Part shown: positions 38,991-49,360 of the stretch, piece after piece
Numbering within the stretch: the stretch's first letter is position 1
How the letters are laid out: each line of letters opens with the position of its first letter
From: an uncultured virus (IMG/VR IMGVR_UViG_3300021197_001384)
Taxonomy: Duplodnaviria; Heunggongvirae; Uroviricota; Caudoviricetes
Direction: 5' to 3' (one strand)
IMG/VR virus record: IMGVR_UViG_3300021197_001384
Length of the DNA: 64,000 nt
Notes under the pieces: generated by a model
Databases searched by the model: none
What the model was told of the DNA's origin: nothing
The model's input: the letters and a program-made list of their open reading frames with translations, nothing else
Made by a program: the position numbers and the translations under genes

Positions 38991-39896
38991 TTAAGGGCTT
39001 TCGTCGCACAAGATTTCCACCACGCACTTTTCCTGCATCCGAGTAGCACCCACGCTCATGTTGCAGTAGACCTGCGTTGCATGGTTCTTGTCGGTGCGCT
39101 CCGCGATACGGGCCTTGAAGTCCTGACCAAGGGACAGGAGGAGGCCGTTGTGCTCGTAAGCGAAGCAGGTGCGGACGTCGGTGCCGCCATCGAGAGCGAG
39201 CAGCTCGGTCTTGATGAACTCAAAGCCCATGAAGTAGGAGACGTCGCCATCGACCAGCGCCTTGACGGCAGCGTAGTCGGAGCTGGAAACCTGATTCACG
39301 TTGATGAGCAGGTCATCGAGCTGCTGTTGCGAATGCACCATGTAGAGCTTGGAACCCTTGGGCACCTCGTTCTTGCCCAAGATGGACTTGGCCTCGATGA
39401 GCTTGGCTAAGGTCAGGCCGGTGTTGGTAGCGGCAACCTCGAAGTCGACGGCAACCTTTTGGCCAGCAGGCAGTGCAGTGGCGCTGGTGCCGTTGGAGCC
39501 AGCGCCGGACTTGTTGGCGAAAGCACTGCCGGTAGCGGCAGTGATCACCTCTTGGTCCTTGACCCGATTGAAGGCCATCGCAGCGGACTGCGCGTAGTTG
39601 GAGGTCGGACTGATGAGCATCTTGTTGTCATCGAGGGTATCGATGAGATCTGCCCAGTCGTAGTCGTTGAGGCGAACCTCACGACGTTCGTGAACGGAAT
39701 CGACCTGAGGAGTGTCGCCATGACGGGCGGAACGCAGGACGGCCGCAGTGGCACCGAGCTGTTCGAAGAACTGGCTCTTACCTTTCTGGGTTTCCTGACG
39801 GACCTTGCCGGTGAAGCGGGAGTCGCCCTGTTGGACGAGATGCTGGACGTTGTTGCGGAACTGATCGACGAATGCGACCGTGATTTGTTGTGACAT
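38991..39896 (-). CDS. major capsid protein, phage B
   Basis: ITVAFVDQF..VQHLVQQ..DWADLID..FMGFEF..GATR; follows scaffold. Confidence 0.9.
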   Translation of the reverse strand: MSQQITVAFVDQFRNNVQHLVQQGDSRFTGKVRQETQKGKSQFFEQLGATAAVLRSARHGDTPQVDSVHERREVRLNDYDWADLIDTLDDNKMLISPTSNYAQSAAMAFNRVKDQEVITAATGSAFANKSGAGSNGTSATALPAGQKVAVDFEVAATNTGLTLAKLIEAKSILGKNEVPKGSKLYMVHSQQQLDDLLINVNQVSSSDYAAVKALVDGDVSYFMGFEFIKTELLALDGGTDVRTCFAYEHNGLLLSLGQDFKARIAERTDKNHATQVYCNMSVGATRMQEKCVVEILCDESP

Positions 39897-40178
39897 GCTA
39901 AGAAAAAATAAGGTTTTAAGGAGTGTGAGATCCTCTCTGGGCCTTAGTTCGTTCCCGATCAGGTGACCGGCGAAACCCTCTGAGGTTTGCGACCGGACGC
40001 TAAGCGTTCCCCGTTCAACAGGTCACAAATGCACCCGTATTTTATCGAGGTCAACTCCCTAAACGCAAACCGCCCCACCCCGAGTAAAGGGTGGAGCGGC
40101 CAAACAACTGATGATAACGGAAGATCAAAAGACCTACAGAAGTATCAGGGGGTATTAAGCTGCCCCAGCAGGTATGCG

Positions 40179-41069
40179 TCAATCACGTTCTGGATTCACA
40201 ATGGCGTGGAGCTTGGCCATCTCATCGACGGCACTCTGCTTGCCAGCATGGTAAGGATGCGACTTGTCGTTGTAGATCCGATCAATCTCAGCCTGAGCTG
40301 CCGCAGGGGTGTTGATGCTGAGGTGACCGGCATTGGTGCGGATCTGCACGGTCGGTTTTTCTTTGATCTGAGCACCAAAGTAGGCCATGGCTTTGATGAA
40401 GTGAGGATTGTTGCTCATCTCCGGAGTGCCCTTCAGCACCTCAGGGGACAAGCCAGCCGCAGCAGCGCCCTTCTCAGCGTCATTGAGCTTGGAGTCATAC
40501 TCAGCCCCCCATTCCTCCTTCAAGGCCGCTGAGGCCTGATCTCGGGACTTCAGGACGTCAGTTTTTACGGTTTCGAAAGCAGACGACTGACGGGTGGCTT
40601 CCCACTCTGCGAGCTTCTGCGCCTGATTCGGACTCAGGGCCAGATCATGGGCCAGCTTCGTGAACTCTCCAAGGCTTTCAGGATCCCAGATCTCATCGGG
40701 AATACCCTCAGGCTTGGCCAGCTCGTAGCCGGACGGGTCTTCCGGAATGCCCATCTTGCTGCGGAACAGTGCCACCTCCTCAGGGGAGGAGTCCTCGCTC
40801 AGCACAGGGATCTTGTCCCCCTTGCCGAGCATGCTCTCAAGGTTCACGTAGGACTTGGCCAGTCCTTCGAAGCTCTGGAACTTCTTCAGCGAAGGCGGAA
40901 GGTCGGGGATGGTCTCATGCCAGCCGTCCTTGAGGGTGCCATCGGGCTGCATGAACTGCAGGATGTTGTTTGAAGCCGGTGTAGGCTCAGGGGCCGGTGT
41001 AGGCTCAGGTGCTGGTGCTGGTGTGGGTTCCGGCTCTGGGGCCGGTGTCGGTGTTGGTTCGTCAGACAT
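40179..41069 (-). CDS. capsid scaffolding protein
   Basis: PEPTPA repeats, LAKSYVNLE, PEDPSGYEL, LKEEWGAEYD, HPYH. Confidence 0.85.
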   Translation of the reverse strand: MSDEPTPTPAPEPEPTPAPAPEPTPAPEPTPASNNILQFMQPDGTLKDGWHETIPDLPPSLKKFQSFEGLAKSYVNLESMLGKGDKIPVLSEDSSPEEVALFRSKMGIPEDPSGYELAKPEGIPDEIWDPESLGEFTKLAHDLALSPNQAQKLAEWEATRQSSAFETVKTDVLKSRDQASAALKEEWGAEYDSKLNDAEKGAAAAGLSPEVLKGTPEMSNNPHFIKAMAYFGAQIKEKPTVQIRTNAGHLSINTPAAAQAEIDRIYNDKSHPYHAGKQSAVDEMAKLHAIVNPERD

Positions 41070-41076
41070 GGTGCTT

Positions 41077-41520
41077 TTATTCGGTTGGGATGATCCGGCC
41101 GTGGTAACGCTTCGCAGCTAGGTCGGGATAATTGGTTTTGAGGTAGCGGACAAAGTCGGGGTGCTTGTCGCCACCCTCCAGTCTGAGAAGCTCCTCAGGA
41201 AAGTCATCTGGCAGTGAATGCTTCTTCGGAGTCGTTAACCGGCTAAACAAGGGGGGGCGGACATCCGTGGGGGTAGGCTCCTCCTCCTTCTGCTCGTCCA
41301 TGGCGTCAGTGACCAAGGAATCACCTGCAGGGATGGGATCTGGGGTGGCGTTCATCTGCTCCTTGTAGTAGCGAGTGGCCCGATGTTGGAACCGCTCCAT
41401 CCCCAGAGCAGGGACGACCCCCGTAGAGTTGACGATGGCAACCTCTACACCATCTCGGAAGATGACGGTTTCCCCATTGTGCTTCGGGGAGTTGGTTATC
41501 ATGGAGTAGACGACGCTCAT
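41077..41520 (-). CDS. hypothetical protein
   Basis: ORF in the head operon. Confidence 0.6.
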   Translation of the reverse strand: MSVVYSMITNSPKHNGETVIFRDGVEVAIVNSTGVVPALGMERFQHRATRYYKEQMNATPDPIPAGDSLVTDAMDEQKEEEPTPTDVRPPLFSRLTTPKKHSLPDDFPEELLRLEGGDKHPDFVRYLKTNYPDLAAKRYHGRIIPTE

Positions 41521-41810
41521 TCTGGTTTCTTTTCGGCTGGTTTGTAGAAGTCGAGTTTGGCTCCGAGCATGCGGAAGATGTATAAAATCCCCTGCTTCGC
41601 TGCATCCCGAGCGATGACGTCATTGGCCGACATCTGGGGCTGGTAGCTCTTTAGCTCGATCCCATCACGGAAACCGAACTGAGCTTGGAGATCATCGAGG
41701 ACATCCTGCCCTTCGATGCTGCCGAAGACTCGGGAATACTTCGCCTTCAATTCATCGAGGGCCAACTTGCGGTCCTCGGGTGGGGGTGGTGGTGCTTTGG
41801 GTTTGGGCAT
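41517..41810 (-). CDS. Bbp19-like small head-module protein
   Basis: YSRVFGSIEGQDVLDDL motif after the portal. Confidence 0.65.
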   Translation of the reverse strand: MPKPKAPPPPPEDRKLALDELKAKYSRVFGSIEGQDVLDDLQAQFGFRDGIELKSYQPQMSANDVIARDAAKQGILYIFRMLGAKLDFYKPAEKKPE

Positions 41811-41818
41811 AAAGTGGG

Positions 41819-43468
41819 TTATCCACCAGTTGCTACTTCGGTAGCAGCCTCTTGAGCGGCCGGTCCAAGCTTCTGGGCTGCACTTGCCATCTTCTCCGCT
41901 TGTTCGGGAGCCTCCTGAGCTGCTTGAGCTTCGGCAATCTGCTGCATGATCTCGTCAACCTGCTCGTCATTGCGAGTGAGGTCGGTGGGGAATCCTTGGT
42001 TGGAGAGGAAGGAGCGCACCGCGTCACGCCAGTTGACCACATGCACCACCGACGGATCGAACTGCGAAGCCATCTGCACCAACTGGATGATGGTGCCAAT
42101 CGAATTGGTCAGAGCAGCACGGATGGCCAGAGCGATCTTCGAAGTATATTCGATGTCATACTCCAAGGCGCCACCGGCATCGATGACCGACTGCGGAGGA
42201 GGCGGGAACAGGCCTGCACGAAGGCAGATGCCAAACACCCGCTCCATGAACGGATTCAGCTTCTCCTCCACGGTGCGAGCAAAGATGGGCGAAAACATCA
42301 GCAGCTTCTCCTGCACCATTTGGGCGACCTCAAAAGCCGTCTTCTGGCGCTGCTGTTCCTGCATGTTGGTGAGCATCTGGAACATTGGCACATGGAAGGC
42401 CGTGTTGATGCGTTGCCGCTTCTGATCAGCCTTCTGCTCACCGATGTCCACCCGATTGTTTAGCTGGATCTGCTCCGGCTTCGACTGCGGGTTCATCGCA
42501 TCGTAGTAAGTCACGCCACCAGCACGGTTGTCCGGCTCGTAGGAAGCGTCGTCCGGCATGATCCACTGAGGATTCACCAGCTTCTCGTTGGCGATGAGCA
42601 AATCACGCTCCATCCGGTTGAGAGTTTTGACCTCAGGAAGCACCTGTATTCCCGGCCCCCGACCGTGAACTTCGCCATTGCTTTTGAGCAATCGACCACC
42701 GTGGAACGGCATCTCGTAATAGCCACCTTCCTCAACGAGATGGCAACCCTGCTCGATTACGTAGAGAGACTCCCAAGGCCGAAGCTCAGGCACCACCATG
42801 CCCTCCATGGCATCCTTACGTGGCTGCACTTGGTGGAGCACCTTGAACATCTGCTGAGAATTGCTCTCAGCCCCACTACCGAGGCACTTCCGCATCTCCT
42901 CCGGCAAGTTGTCATAGCCCCACTTTTGCTCGCACTGACGGGCAGTCCACTCGAACCAACGGATGACCGTGTCAATCTCGCCACGGTGGTTCTCCTCCCA
43001 CACAAAGCAACCCACCGGAATGTTGGTCACGTTGATGGTGTCCTTGTCGTCAGCGTCAGTGAACATCAGCGAGGAACCGAAGATTCCCGCATCCAAGCTG
43101 TCCTCATGGAAGCCCAAGTAGAAGTTGGAGCTGTGAATTACTCCCATCGCGATCTGGGTGCATTTGTCCAGCCACGCCTTCTCGTCCTCAGGCGCATCCG
43201 TGGGAGCAGTGTAGCGTGCCCAGATCTCACCAGCCGGAGTCAGCTGCGAGATCATACCCGCAGCGAACACGTTGGACGCTTCGTTGGCCGTGGTGTCGAA
43301 GACCTGCAGCGTCTGCTCCTCACCAGATGAACGCACCTCCTCGATGTTGCCCTTGCGGGGCGAGATATACGAGGACGCATCCTGCCACAGATCCCGCCAG
43401 TTACCTTGTCGGCCTAACAGGCGCTCATGGCGTTGAACTACTTCCCGTGCTCGTTCCTTGTCATTCAT
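41819..43468 (-). CDS. portal (head-tail connector)
   Basis: FDTTA..AAGM, SSNFY, GEVHGRGPG, KTAFEV motifs. Confidence 0.92.
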   Translation of the reverse strand: MNDKERAREVVQRHERLLGRQGNWRDLWQDASSYISPRKGNIEEVRSSGEEQTLQVFDTTANEASNVFAAGMISQLTPAGEIWARYTAPTDAPEDEKAWLDKCTQIAMGVIHSSNFYLGFHEDSLDAGIFGSSLMFTDADDKDTINVTNIPVGCFVWEENHRGEIDTVIRWFEWTARQCEQKWGYDNLPEEMRKCLGSGAESNSQQMFKVLHQVQPRKDAMEGMVVPELRPWESLYVIEQGCHLVEEGGYYEMPFHGGRLLKSNGEVHGRGPGIQVLPEVKTLNRMERDLLIANEKLVNPQWIMPDDASYEPDNRAGGVTYYDAMNPQSKPEQIQLNNRVDIGEQKADQKRQRINTAFHVPMFQMLTNMQEQQRQKTAFEVAQMVQEKLLMFSPIFARTVEEKLNPFMERVFGICLRAGLFPPPPQSVIDAGGALEYDIEYTSKIALAIRAALTNSIGTIIQLVQMASQFDPSVVHVVNWRDAVRSFLSNQGFPTDLTRNDEQVDEIMQQIAEAQAAQEAPEQAEKMASAAQKLGPAAQEAATEVATGG

Positions 43469-43718
43469 ACCCACCTCCAAGCAGCACGTTCTTATCAGGC
43501 TCCATGCCACCGCCCAGCTGCTCACGCCCAGCGATAATGGTGCTCTGGAGTCCCCTGCGCTTCTTCTGCTTCTTCAGCTCCTCCCGACGCTTTTGCTGGA
43601 CGTCCACATTTGCAGTGGTCGGAGCAGGGGCAGGCATGCTGGGTGCCTGATCGAGTTGGGGTCCGGAGCTTCCTCCCTTGAACAGGAAGGAATGACGGGG
43701 AAAAAATGGATTTCGCAT
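43461..43718 (-). CDS. small virion protein preceding the portal
   Basis: FKGG..PAPAP..RRGLQSTII..LLGG pattern. Confidence 0.65.
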   Translation of the reverse strand: MRNPFFPRHSFLFKGGSSGPQLDQAPSMPAPAPTTANVDVQQKRREELKKQKKRRGLQSTIIAGREQLGGGMEPDKNVLLGGGYE

Positions 43719-43769
43719 GACGGGGAGAATTGATGGAAAGCTCACTCATGCTCACAATTTGCTCTTAGC

Positions 43770-44126
43770 TCAAGCCGGAACGTGACTGAAAACTTTGCCA
43801 AGAACCCTAACCCGGGCAAGCCGATGAAATCGGAGGACATTCTTACGCTCGTAGCTGATCCACTTCACTTCCTTGGGCAGGATAGCCCACGCAGATGCCT
43901 GAGAACCGGCCATTAAGGCCACGTGGAGGCAATTTCCCGACCCAAAGGGGTGGAGACCTACAATCTGGTCATGAGGGGCGTCTACGGGCACGTATCGGCC
44001 TACGACCAGAAAGTCCTTACCGGAGAAGATATGGCCGTGCTTCCAATGGAACAGCAGGCACTCCTCGAAAGTGTAGGCGCAGGGCTCGGTTTCGAAGACC
44101 TGCTTGGCTAATGCAAATGGACTCAT
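43770..44126 (-). CDS. hypothetical protein similar to 18664-18996
   Basis: Shared HG..S, L..G, LP..I..R..RF spacing. Confidence 0.55.
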   Translation of the reverse strand: MSPFALAKQVFETEPCAYTFEECLLFHWKHGHIFSGKDFLVVGRYVPVDAPHDQIVGLHPFGSGNCLHVALMAGSQASAWAILPKEVKWISYERKNVLRFHRLARVRVLGKVFSHVPA

Positions 44127-44128
44127 AA

Positions 44129-45730
44129 CTACAAACGATAGCTCATTTTAGCCCGACCTTTGCGACGGTTCATCCGGCTCTCGCGAATGGTGTCGATGTC
44201 CACCACCTGCCCCCTGCGGACCTCCATCGGCATGTCCCGCATCCGACGGCCAGCCATCGTCTGCACCTTGCCCAAGACCAGAGCCTCAGCCGCAGTCCGG
44301 AATGCATCAGCCATGTGCGATGAATGGTCATGCACCGGCTCACGCGACGTCACGCCACCAGCACTGATTGGCTTCGTATGATACTGCTCCAGCTTTTCGA
44401 TGCCACCAGCAGTATCCGTCCGATGAAACCAGCTCCGACTGATCAGCTCCCGCATCGCATTAATCCCTGCCCACCTGTCCTTCGGTCGGGGTAGAGCGAC
44501 GACATTGGTGGCACCAGCCAGTTCCAACTGCTTCCTGTAGGTCACCCCATTCGACCCAGCCGTAGCACTGTCGCCATCGTGAGGAATAAAGATGCCAGCC
44601 ACCTTGTGCTCGGTCTTTACCAACTCATCCATAAAGTCCGCTGCAGTCCGGTGCATTGCTTCGTAAGTCCACAACCAGTTGATCTCCCGACCAGACAGTT
44701 GGAAGAGCACCGCCGTGGTCGTGTCATTCCACCCAATGTCCATGCCCACAAAGCACGGCTGGCCCCTGTCTGGGAGGAAATCCTTAATCTGGCCATTCGC
44801 CCGAATGCTCGCCAACAGGTCAGCATAGATCGCCCCCTCCACCGGAGCACTGAATGCCTCCTCAATCGTGCTCGGGTATTCCCGGGTCATGAAGATCCCC
44901 TGCTCCTGCTCCGTCACATGATACCAGAGCCGCTGACCATCGGTGAACTTGATGCCCAGCTTCAGCTCCAGCTCGTCTAGATACCGCTTCGACCTCGGAC
45001 TGATCGCATCCATGTTCCCATCCAACGTCAGCGTAGCATCTTGCCACCACGGGAAGAACAGCAACTTGTAGTCCTTCGCCGTCATGTGCTCCTCAGGCGT
45101 CTCCATCGCCGTCTTGATCATCTGGTAGAACACCCCGCCCTTGCCTCCTTTGAACGTGCTCTCGATGAAGATGTCCCCTTCGTCAGCCGATGGCAAAGCA
45201 CCCGTCTTCACCTCCTCCGCTCGCTTTGGATCAATATGGGCAATCGGACCCAGCTCAGACACGTGCAGCAACTGGTTGGTGCCACCACGGGCATTCTTTC
45301 CGGCATTGATCGTGCTCCCATTGCCAAACTCAATCGAGTGCTCGTTGTCCGTCTTCAGCTTCTCCTGCAGCTGCTGAGGCAGGTTCTCATACGCGACCCT
45401 GATCTTCGTCTTTAACTTCTCGGAAGCATCCCCCTGCGTCAGATCCACAATCGATGCCTGCAGGTTCCGTCCCCAATAGCACTTATCGAACAAGATGATG
45501 TCGATTAACGTGCTGAACCCCAGCCGCCGTGCTTTCAAAATGATGAACCGCTTCCGGCCCTTCTCGTAATACTCCTCGATCAACACCTCCTGCTGCGGTG
45601 TCGGCCGGAACGGGATCTCATTCCCCTTCTTGTCGATGATGATATACAGGTTCCGGATCCGCCACAGGGGGTCACTCAGCTTCTCCGAAAGCTCCTGCAG
45701 CTCCTCGTCACTCAGTTCAGTCTGGCTCAT
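44129..45730 (-). CDS. terL: terminase large subunit
   Basis: ILKARRLGFST, LHVSELG, IEST, GMDIGWND, SHMADAFR. Confidence 0.93.
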   Translation of the reverse strand: MSQTELSDEELQELSEKLSDPLWRIRNLYIIIDKKGNEIPFRPTPQQEVLIEEYYEKGRKRFIILKARRLGFSTLIDIILFDKCYWGRNLQASIVDLTQGDASEKLKTKIRVAYENLPQQLQEKLKTDNEHSIEFGNGSTINAGKNARGGTNQLLHVSELGPIAHIDPKRAEEVKTGALPSADEGDIFIESTFKGGKGGVFYQMIKTAMETPEEHMTAKDYKLLFFPWWQDATLTLDGNMDAISPRSKRYLDELELKLGIKFTDGQRLWYHVTEQEQGIFMTREYPSTIEEAFSAPVEGAIYADLLASIRANGQIKDFLPDRGQPCFVGMDIGWNDTTTAVLFQLSGREINWLWTYEAMHRTAADFMDELVKTEHKVAGIFIPHDGDSATAGSNGVTYRKQLELAGATNVVALPRPKDRWAGINAMRELISRSWFHRTDTAGGIEKLEQYHTKPISAGGVTSREPVHDHSSHMADAFRTAAEALVLGKVQTMAGRRMRDMPMEVRRGQVVDIDTIRESRMNRRKGRAKMSYRL

Positions 45731-46158
45731 GGCTGCAACTCCCCCACCGGCATGCTGTCGGTGATGTTCTTCTCGTCCCTCGATCTGTCACGGACCAAGG
45801 CCAGCAGGTCTCCCATCCCGAAGATCTCGATCTTCTCAGGCTCGAGGTGGCCAGCCATCTTATTGTCGATTTCAATGGCCATCATCCGGTCCCTCGGTGG
45901 TAACTTCGGGTTCCTTGCCATCCGAGCCAAGAGCTTCCGCTTCTCCACTCGCTCCATCATCCCAGAGTTCGGCTTGTCATCCACCAGCTTCAATCGCCTG
46001 TCGATCTCGACCTGTATGTCGGCGTTCTGCGACAAATCCCTCCGAGAAGTCGGCGAATACCCAGCTTCCCTGAGGGCCACCATCACCGGGGCTCCACGCA
46101 CTCTGGCGTTGATGAAGCGCAGTTGCTTCTCCGTGAATGTCTGTCTCTTCTGAGTCAT
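45727..46158 (-). CDS. terS: terminase small subunit
   Basis: FTEKQLRF..AL.EAGYS HTH directly upstream of terL. Confidence 0.8.
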   Translation of the reverse strand: MTQKRQTFTEKQLRFINARVRGAPVMVALREAGYSPTSRRDLSQNADIQVEIDRRLKLVDDKPNSGMMERVEKRKLLARMARNPKLPPRDRMMAIEIDNKMAGHLEPEKIEIFGMGDLLALVRDRSRDEKNITDSMPVGELQP

Positions 46159-46201
46159 TGTGTTGGTGCTTTGACTAATCATGAAAATTGCTACCTCACC
46201 A

Positions 46202-46693
46202 TCACTTCCGACCTCCTGACGGGATGAAAAAGTAACTCAACACCCCTGACAGCATCCCGAGGGCTGTAATTCCAACGTGCCCGAGGGTAATCTCATGAGC
46301 AGAGTCCCCATGTTGGGGGAACTTGAAGAGACCCCACAACATAGACACGTGCTCGCGCTCGTCGGGATGCAGGATAGTGAGCAACGAGACCTCTGGATTT
46401 TTGATGGAGTGCCATCCAATCGCAGCGATCCCGACGATTGACACGATGGCGACCAAAGACTGAGCAAAATCACGCATCCAAGTAGAGTGAGTCTCACCCA
46501 TGAGCGTCCTGACCAAGTCCTTGTCGACGTCCTTCCAAGTGTCACCCTGCTTAATTACCATGACCAACTTCTCCCGGGCAGTAAGACTGCGTGAATCCAT
46601 CCACCCTGAAATTAGATTGCCCACAATCTTCAGGAACGCCCCAAAGGTGGCCCCACCAAGGCTCGAGATGATCGCTGCCACTAAGGAGAACAT
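46202..46693 (-). CDS. holin-like membrane protein
   Basis: Three hydrophobic segments; layout like 22589-23032. Confidence 0.55.
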   Translation of the reverse strand: MFSLVAAIISSLGGATFGAFLKIVGNLISGWMDSRSLTAREKLVMVIKQGDTWKDVDKDLVRTLMGETHSTWMRDFAQSLVAIVSIVGIAAIGWHSIKNPEVSLLTILHPDEREHVSMLWGLFKFPQHGDSAHEITLGHVGITALGMLSGVLSYFFIPSGGRK

Positions 46694-48801
46694 CAGCTTC
46701 CCACCGTTACGTTGGTGTTGCCACCACCATTGAAAAACAACGTCTTGCCCTGAATCGTTTGCGCATTGACCAGCACATCAGTCGACCCAGTCACCCGCAC
46801 CAGATGCGAATCCGAAATGGCACTAAACGCCAACGCTGATGCACTCAACCGGTTCACATTCGTGATCACAAATCCATAGCGGTTCAAGATCTGGTTCCGG
46901 TAGCCCACCCCATTGCCGCCCACCCTGCTCATAGTCACCCCTGACACCACCACATCGTCCACGTTGTGGATCTCCATGCCGTAGCCCCCCACCGAATCAA
47001 TTACCGCATTGGTAATCGAGACGTTTTTGACATATTGAACATCGATGCCCCTCCAGCTGTTGTTCCTCACCAGCACATTGGTGATCACGATCCCGTAGGT
47101 GTAGTTGAACGGCCACCCACCAATGTCAGGACTTGTCGCAATCCCGTCATCGCTCAACTCCAGCAACTGCACGTTGTCGATTGTTACACCAGCCACACCA
47201 TAACCAATGTGGATGCCATCAGCCCCACCCTCGACCACCGCACAATTGCTCATGCTTATCGGTCCGGCATACAGGTAAGGCGCATCAGTCTCACTGGTAG
47301 CCTGCTCAGGCCCCACCAAGTGGAAACCAAACTGGGCAATGTTCTTCGCCTCACAGCGTTCCAAGTGAACATACCTCCCCTTGATCCCATACCCAAACTG
47401 CGTGCCTCGACGGTTCGGGTTTAGGTTGGCATCATCCTCAGTCGGCACCTCACTCACCGTATTGATGTGATGCCCCTGCACCGTTAACCCCTTCAGGTCC
47501 ACATGAATGCACTCAGGCCCCAAGAAGAAGCCGTTGTTGTCCTTGCTCCCAGAGATGTCGATCACCGCCCCCTCGCACTCCAACGTCACGTTGTGCAGCG
47601 TGTTCAGATCACAGCCTCCCGATACATACCGACCAGCAGGTATCCGAGCAATCCTGCCCACACCAACCACCCCCACCAGCAACGCCGAAAACGTTGGATT
47701 CTGCCCCTGATCCGTCACCGTGATCACCGGTTTGCCGAAATAGACGAACTGGTAGCCAGTCGTGAACGAAGCCGTCGATGACACCTGCACCTGCGCTGGA
47801 ATGTTGTTGCCGTAGTCCCCTGCTGTCAGGGCCACCACCGTCGTCCCCACTGGAAAGGCGGGATGGTCTACGCTCATCCCAATCGTGATGTTGTAGAGCG
47901 GCCCGTTGGCGTAGCCGCCGTTGATCTTAATGATGTCACTGCCAGACACGATCCCATCGCCCAATGAGCCTCCAGAGCACTGCCGTGTCACAATCCGCCA
48001 GCCACTGCCTGCACTGGTGATCATCACCGAGTGAATCACCCCATACTGACCCGGAACAAATGACCCCACGACAGCATACCCCGTAGGGTTCACCGCTCCC
48101 GCCCCTCCACCAGTCACCGTGATCTGAGGATGCACCTGCGCCACTGCTGACGCTCCAGTGCCCCCCCCGCCAAGGTAGGTGTAGCCCTGCCCACCATAAG
48201 CCACGATGACCGAATGCACCCCGCCATTGGGCTGGAGAGCATCCTCCACCGTTCGCCAGTGGAGGAAGTTATCGCCACCAGTGTCGTCCAGATATTGGCC
48301 CAGATCCACCTCATGGGTCATGCCATCAGCACCATCAGCACCATCAGCACCATCGGTGCCATCGGTGCCCCTTTCGAAGTCCCGGGCCGGAGTGCTCCAT
48401 GCACCAGTAGGTGCCCACACCGTGCCGTTGTCGGCAAAGTAGACCAGCGACACCCACCGGAGCAGACCCGCAGCAGGATCTGCCGGATAGTGCACCCAAC
48501 CAGTCGGAGGCGTAAACGTGGTGCCATCGTATGAGCCCCCAGTGGGCGTGGGGGGCTGGGTTGTCGCGTTGCGATAGATCAGCGCAGGATAGCTGCCATC
48601 GAGACCAGCAGGCCCTTGAGGCCCTTGAGGCCCTTGAGGTCCATTGCCACCACCACCACCAGTAGACACCGCTGGCGTGCCAAGCTCCTGCTCGGTTGCC
48701 TGAGTCCCGCCAGCCAACTCCACGACGTCACGCTTGGTGGCCAGTTGTATGCTGCCCACTTCGGGGGTTCCCTTACGACGATATGCGGGGTTATTAGCCA
48801 T
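46693..48801 (-). CDS. tail spike/depolymerase-like protein with collagen-like repeats and C-terminal beta-helix
   Basis: GPQGPQGPQ and GADGADG repeats; GADGIHI..SDDGIA pectin-lyase-like coils. Confidence 0.7.
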   Translation of the reverse strand: MANNPAYRRKGTPEVGSIQLATKRDVVELAGGTQATEQELGTPAVSTGGGGGNGPQGPQGPQGPAGLDGSYPALIYRNATTQPPTPTGGSYDGTTFTPPTGWVHYPADPAAGLLRWVSLVYFADNGTVWAPTGAWSTPARDFERGTDGTDGADGADGADGMTHEVDLGQYLDDTGGDNFLHWRTVEDALQPNGGVHSVIVAYGGQGYTYLGGGGTGASAVAQVHPQITVTGGGAGAVNPTGYAVVGSFVPGQYGVIHSVMITSAGSGWRIVTRQCSGGSLGDGIVSGSDIIKINGGYANGPLYNITIGMSVDHPAFPVGTTVVALTAGDYGNNIPAQVQVSSTASFTTGYQFVYFGKPVITVTDQGQNPTFSALLVGVVGVGRIARIPAGRYVSGGCDLNTLHNVTLECEGAVIDISGSKDNNGFFLGPECIHVDLKGLTVQGHHINTVSEVPTEDDANLNPNRRGTQFGYGIKGRYVHLERCEAKNIAQFGFHLVGPEQATSETDAPYLYAGPISMSNCAVVEGGADGIHIGYGVAGVTIDNVQLLELSDDGIATSPDIGGWPFNYTYGIVITNVLVRNNSWRGIDVQYVKNVSITNAVIDSVGGYGMEIHNVDDVVVSGVTMSRVGGNGVGYRNQILNRYGFVITNVNRLSASALAFSAISDSHLVRVTGSTDVLVNAQTIQGKTLFFNGGGNTNVTVGS

Positions 48802-48820
48802 GGTGGGGTCTCGGTATAGG

Positions 48821-49291
48821 TTAAGATGAGGATGGGCCGGAAATGGCCGGAGCTGGCTGGCTCTGGGGCTTTGTAGCCTCTTCGGCCGTTGCCATCAGAT
48901 GGCTTACCAGATCACCAGCCTGCTTGCTCTGGTCATGGGCTTCCTGCACTTTAGCTCTGATGGCCTCAAAGCCATGCTCCCGAGCACTGTCGATCAGCGA
49001 ATCGTTAAATCCACCGAATGCCTCGATGACCGTGTCAGAGCACCACTTGATCGCATCGACCTGCAATGGCTCCCCACCGTCCTGCCGCAGCGTCACCGAG
49101 TGCACGATGTAGAGATTCTCCCACTGGTCGGCCAAGATCCTCTCCATGCACTGGAAGCCGGTTTTAGGGTCGGTGATAACCCGGGTTTCGATGACTCGGT
49201 GGATCGCTTGTTGGCCTCCTACATGGCCCTGAAGGGCTAGAGATGGGTCATCGCCAGCAAGTTGATCTGGGTCGAATGCGTCTTCAATCAT
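48821..49291 (-). CDS. hypothetical protein, first late gene
   Basis: 156-aa ORF. Confidence 0.6.
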   Translation of the reverse strand: MIEDAFDPDQLAGDDPSLALQGHVGGQQAIHRVIETRVITDPKTGFQCMERILADQWENLYIVHSVTLRQDGGEPLQVDAIKWCSDTVIEAFGGFNDSLIDSAREHGFEAIRAKVQEAHDQSKQAGDLVSHLMATAEEATKPQSQPAPAISGPSSS

Positions 49292-49327
49292 GGCTCACAG
49301 ATGAGGGTGTTGAGGCGTTTGGTCAAG

Positions 49328-49360
49328 GTTGTGCAGTCTCGTTGTGCAGTCTCGTTGTGC
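49328..49360. repeat. 2.5 x 13-bp tandem repeat
   Basis: GTTGTGCAGTCTC twice plus GTTGTGC. Confidence 0.8.

Noticed and set aside
26215..48534. Many long + strand ORFs opposite phage B late genes
   Set aside because: Antisense shadows of GC-rich coding sequence with no motifs
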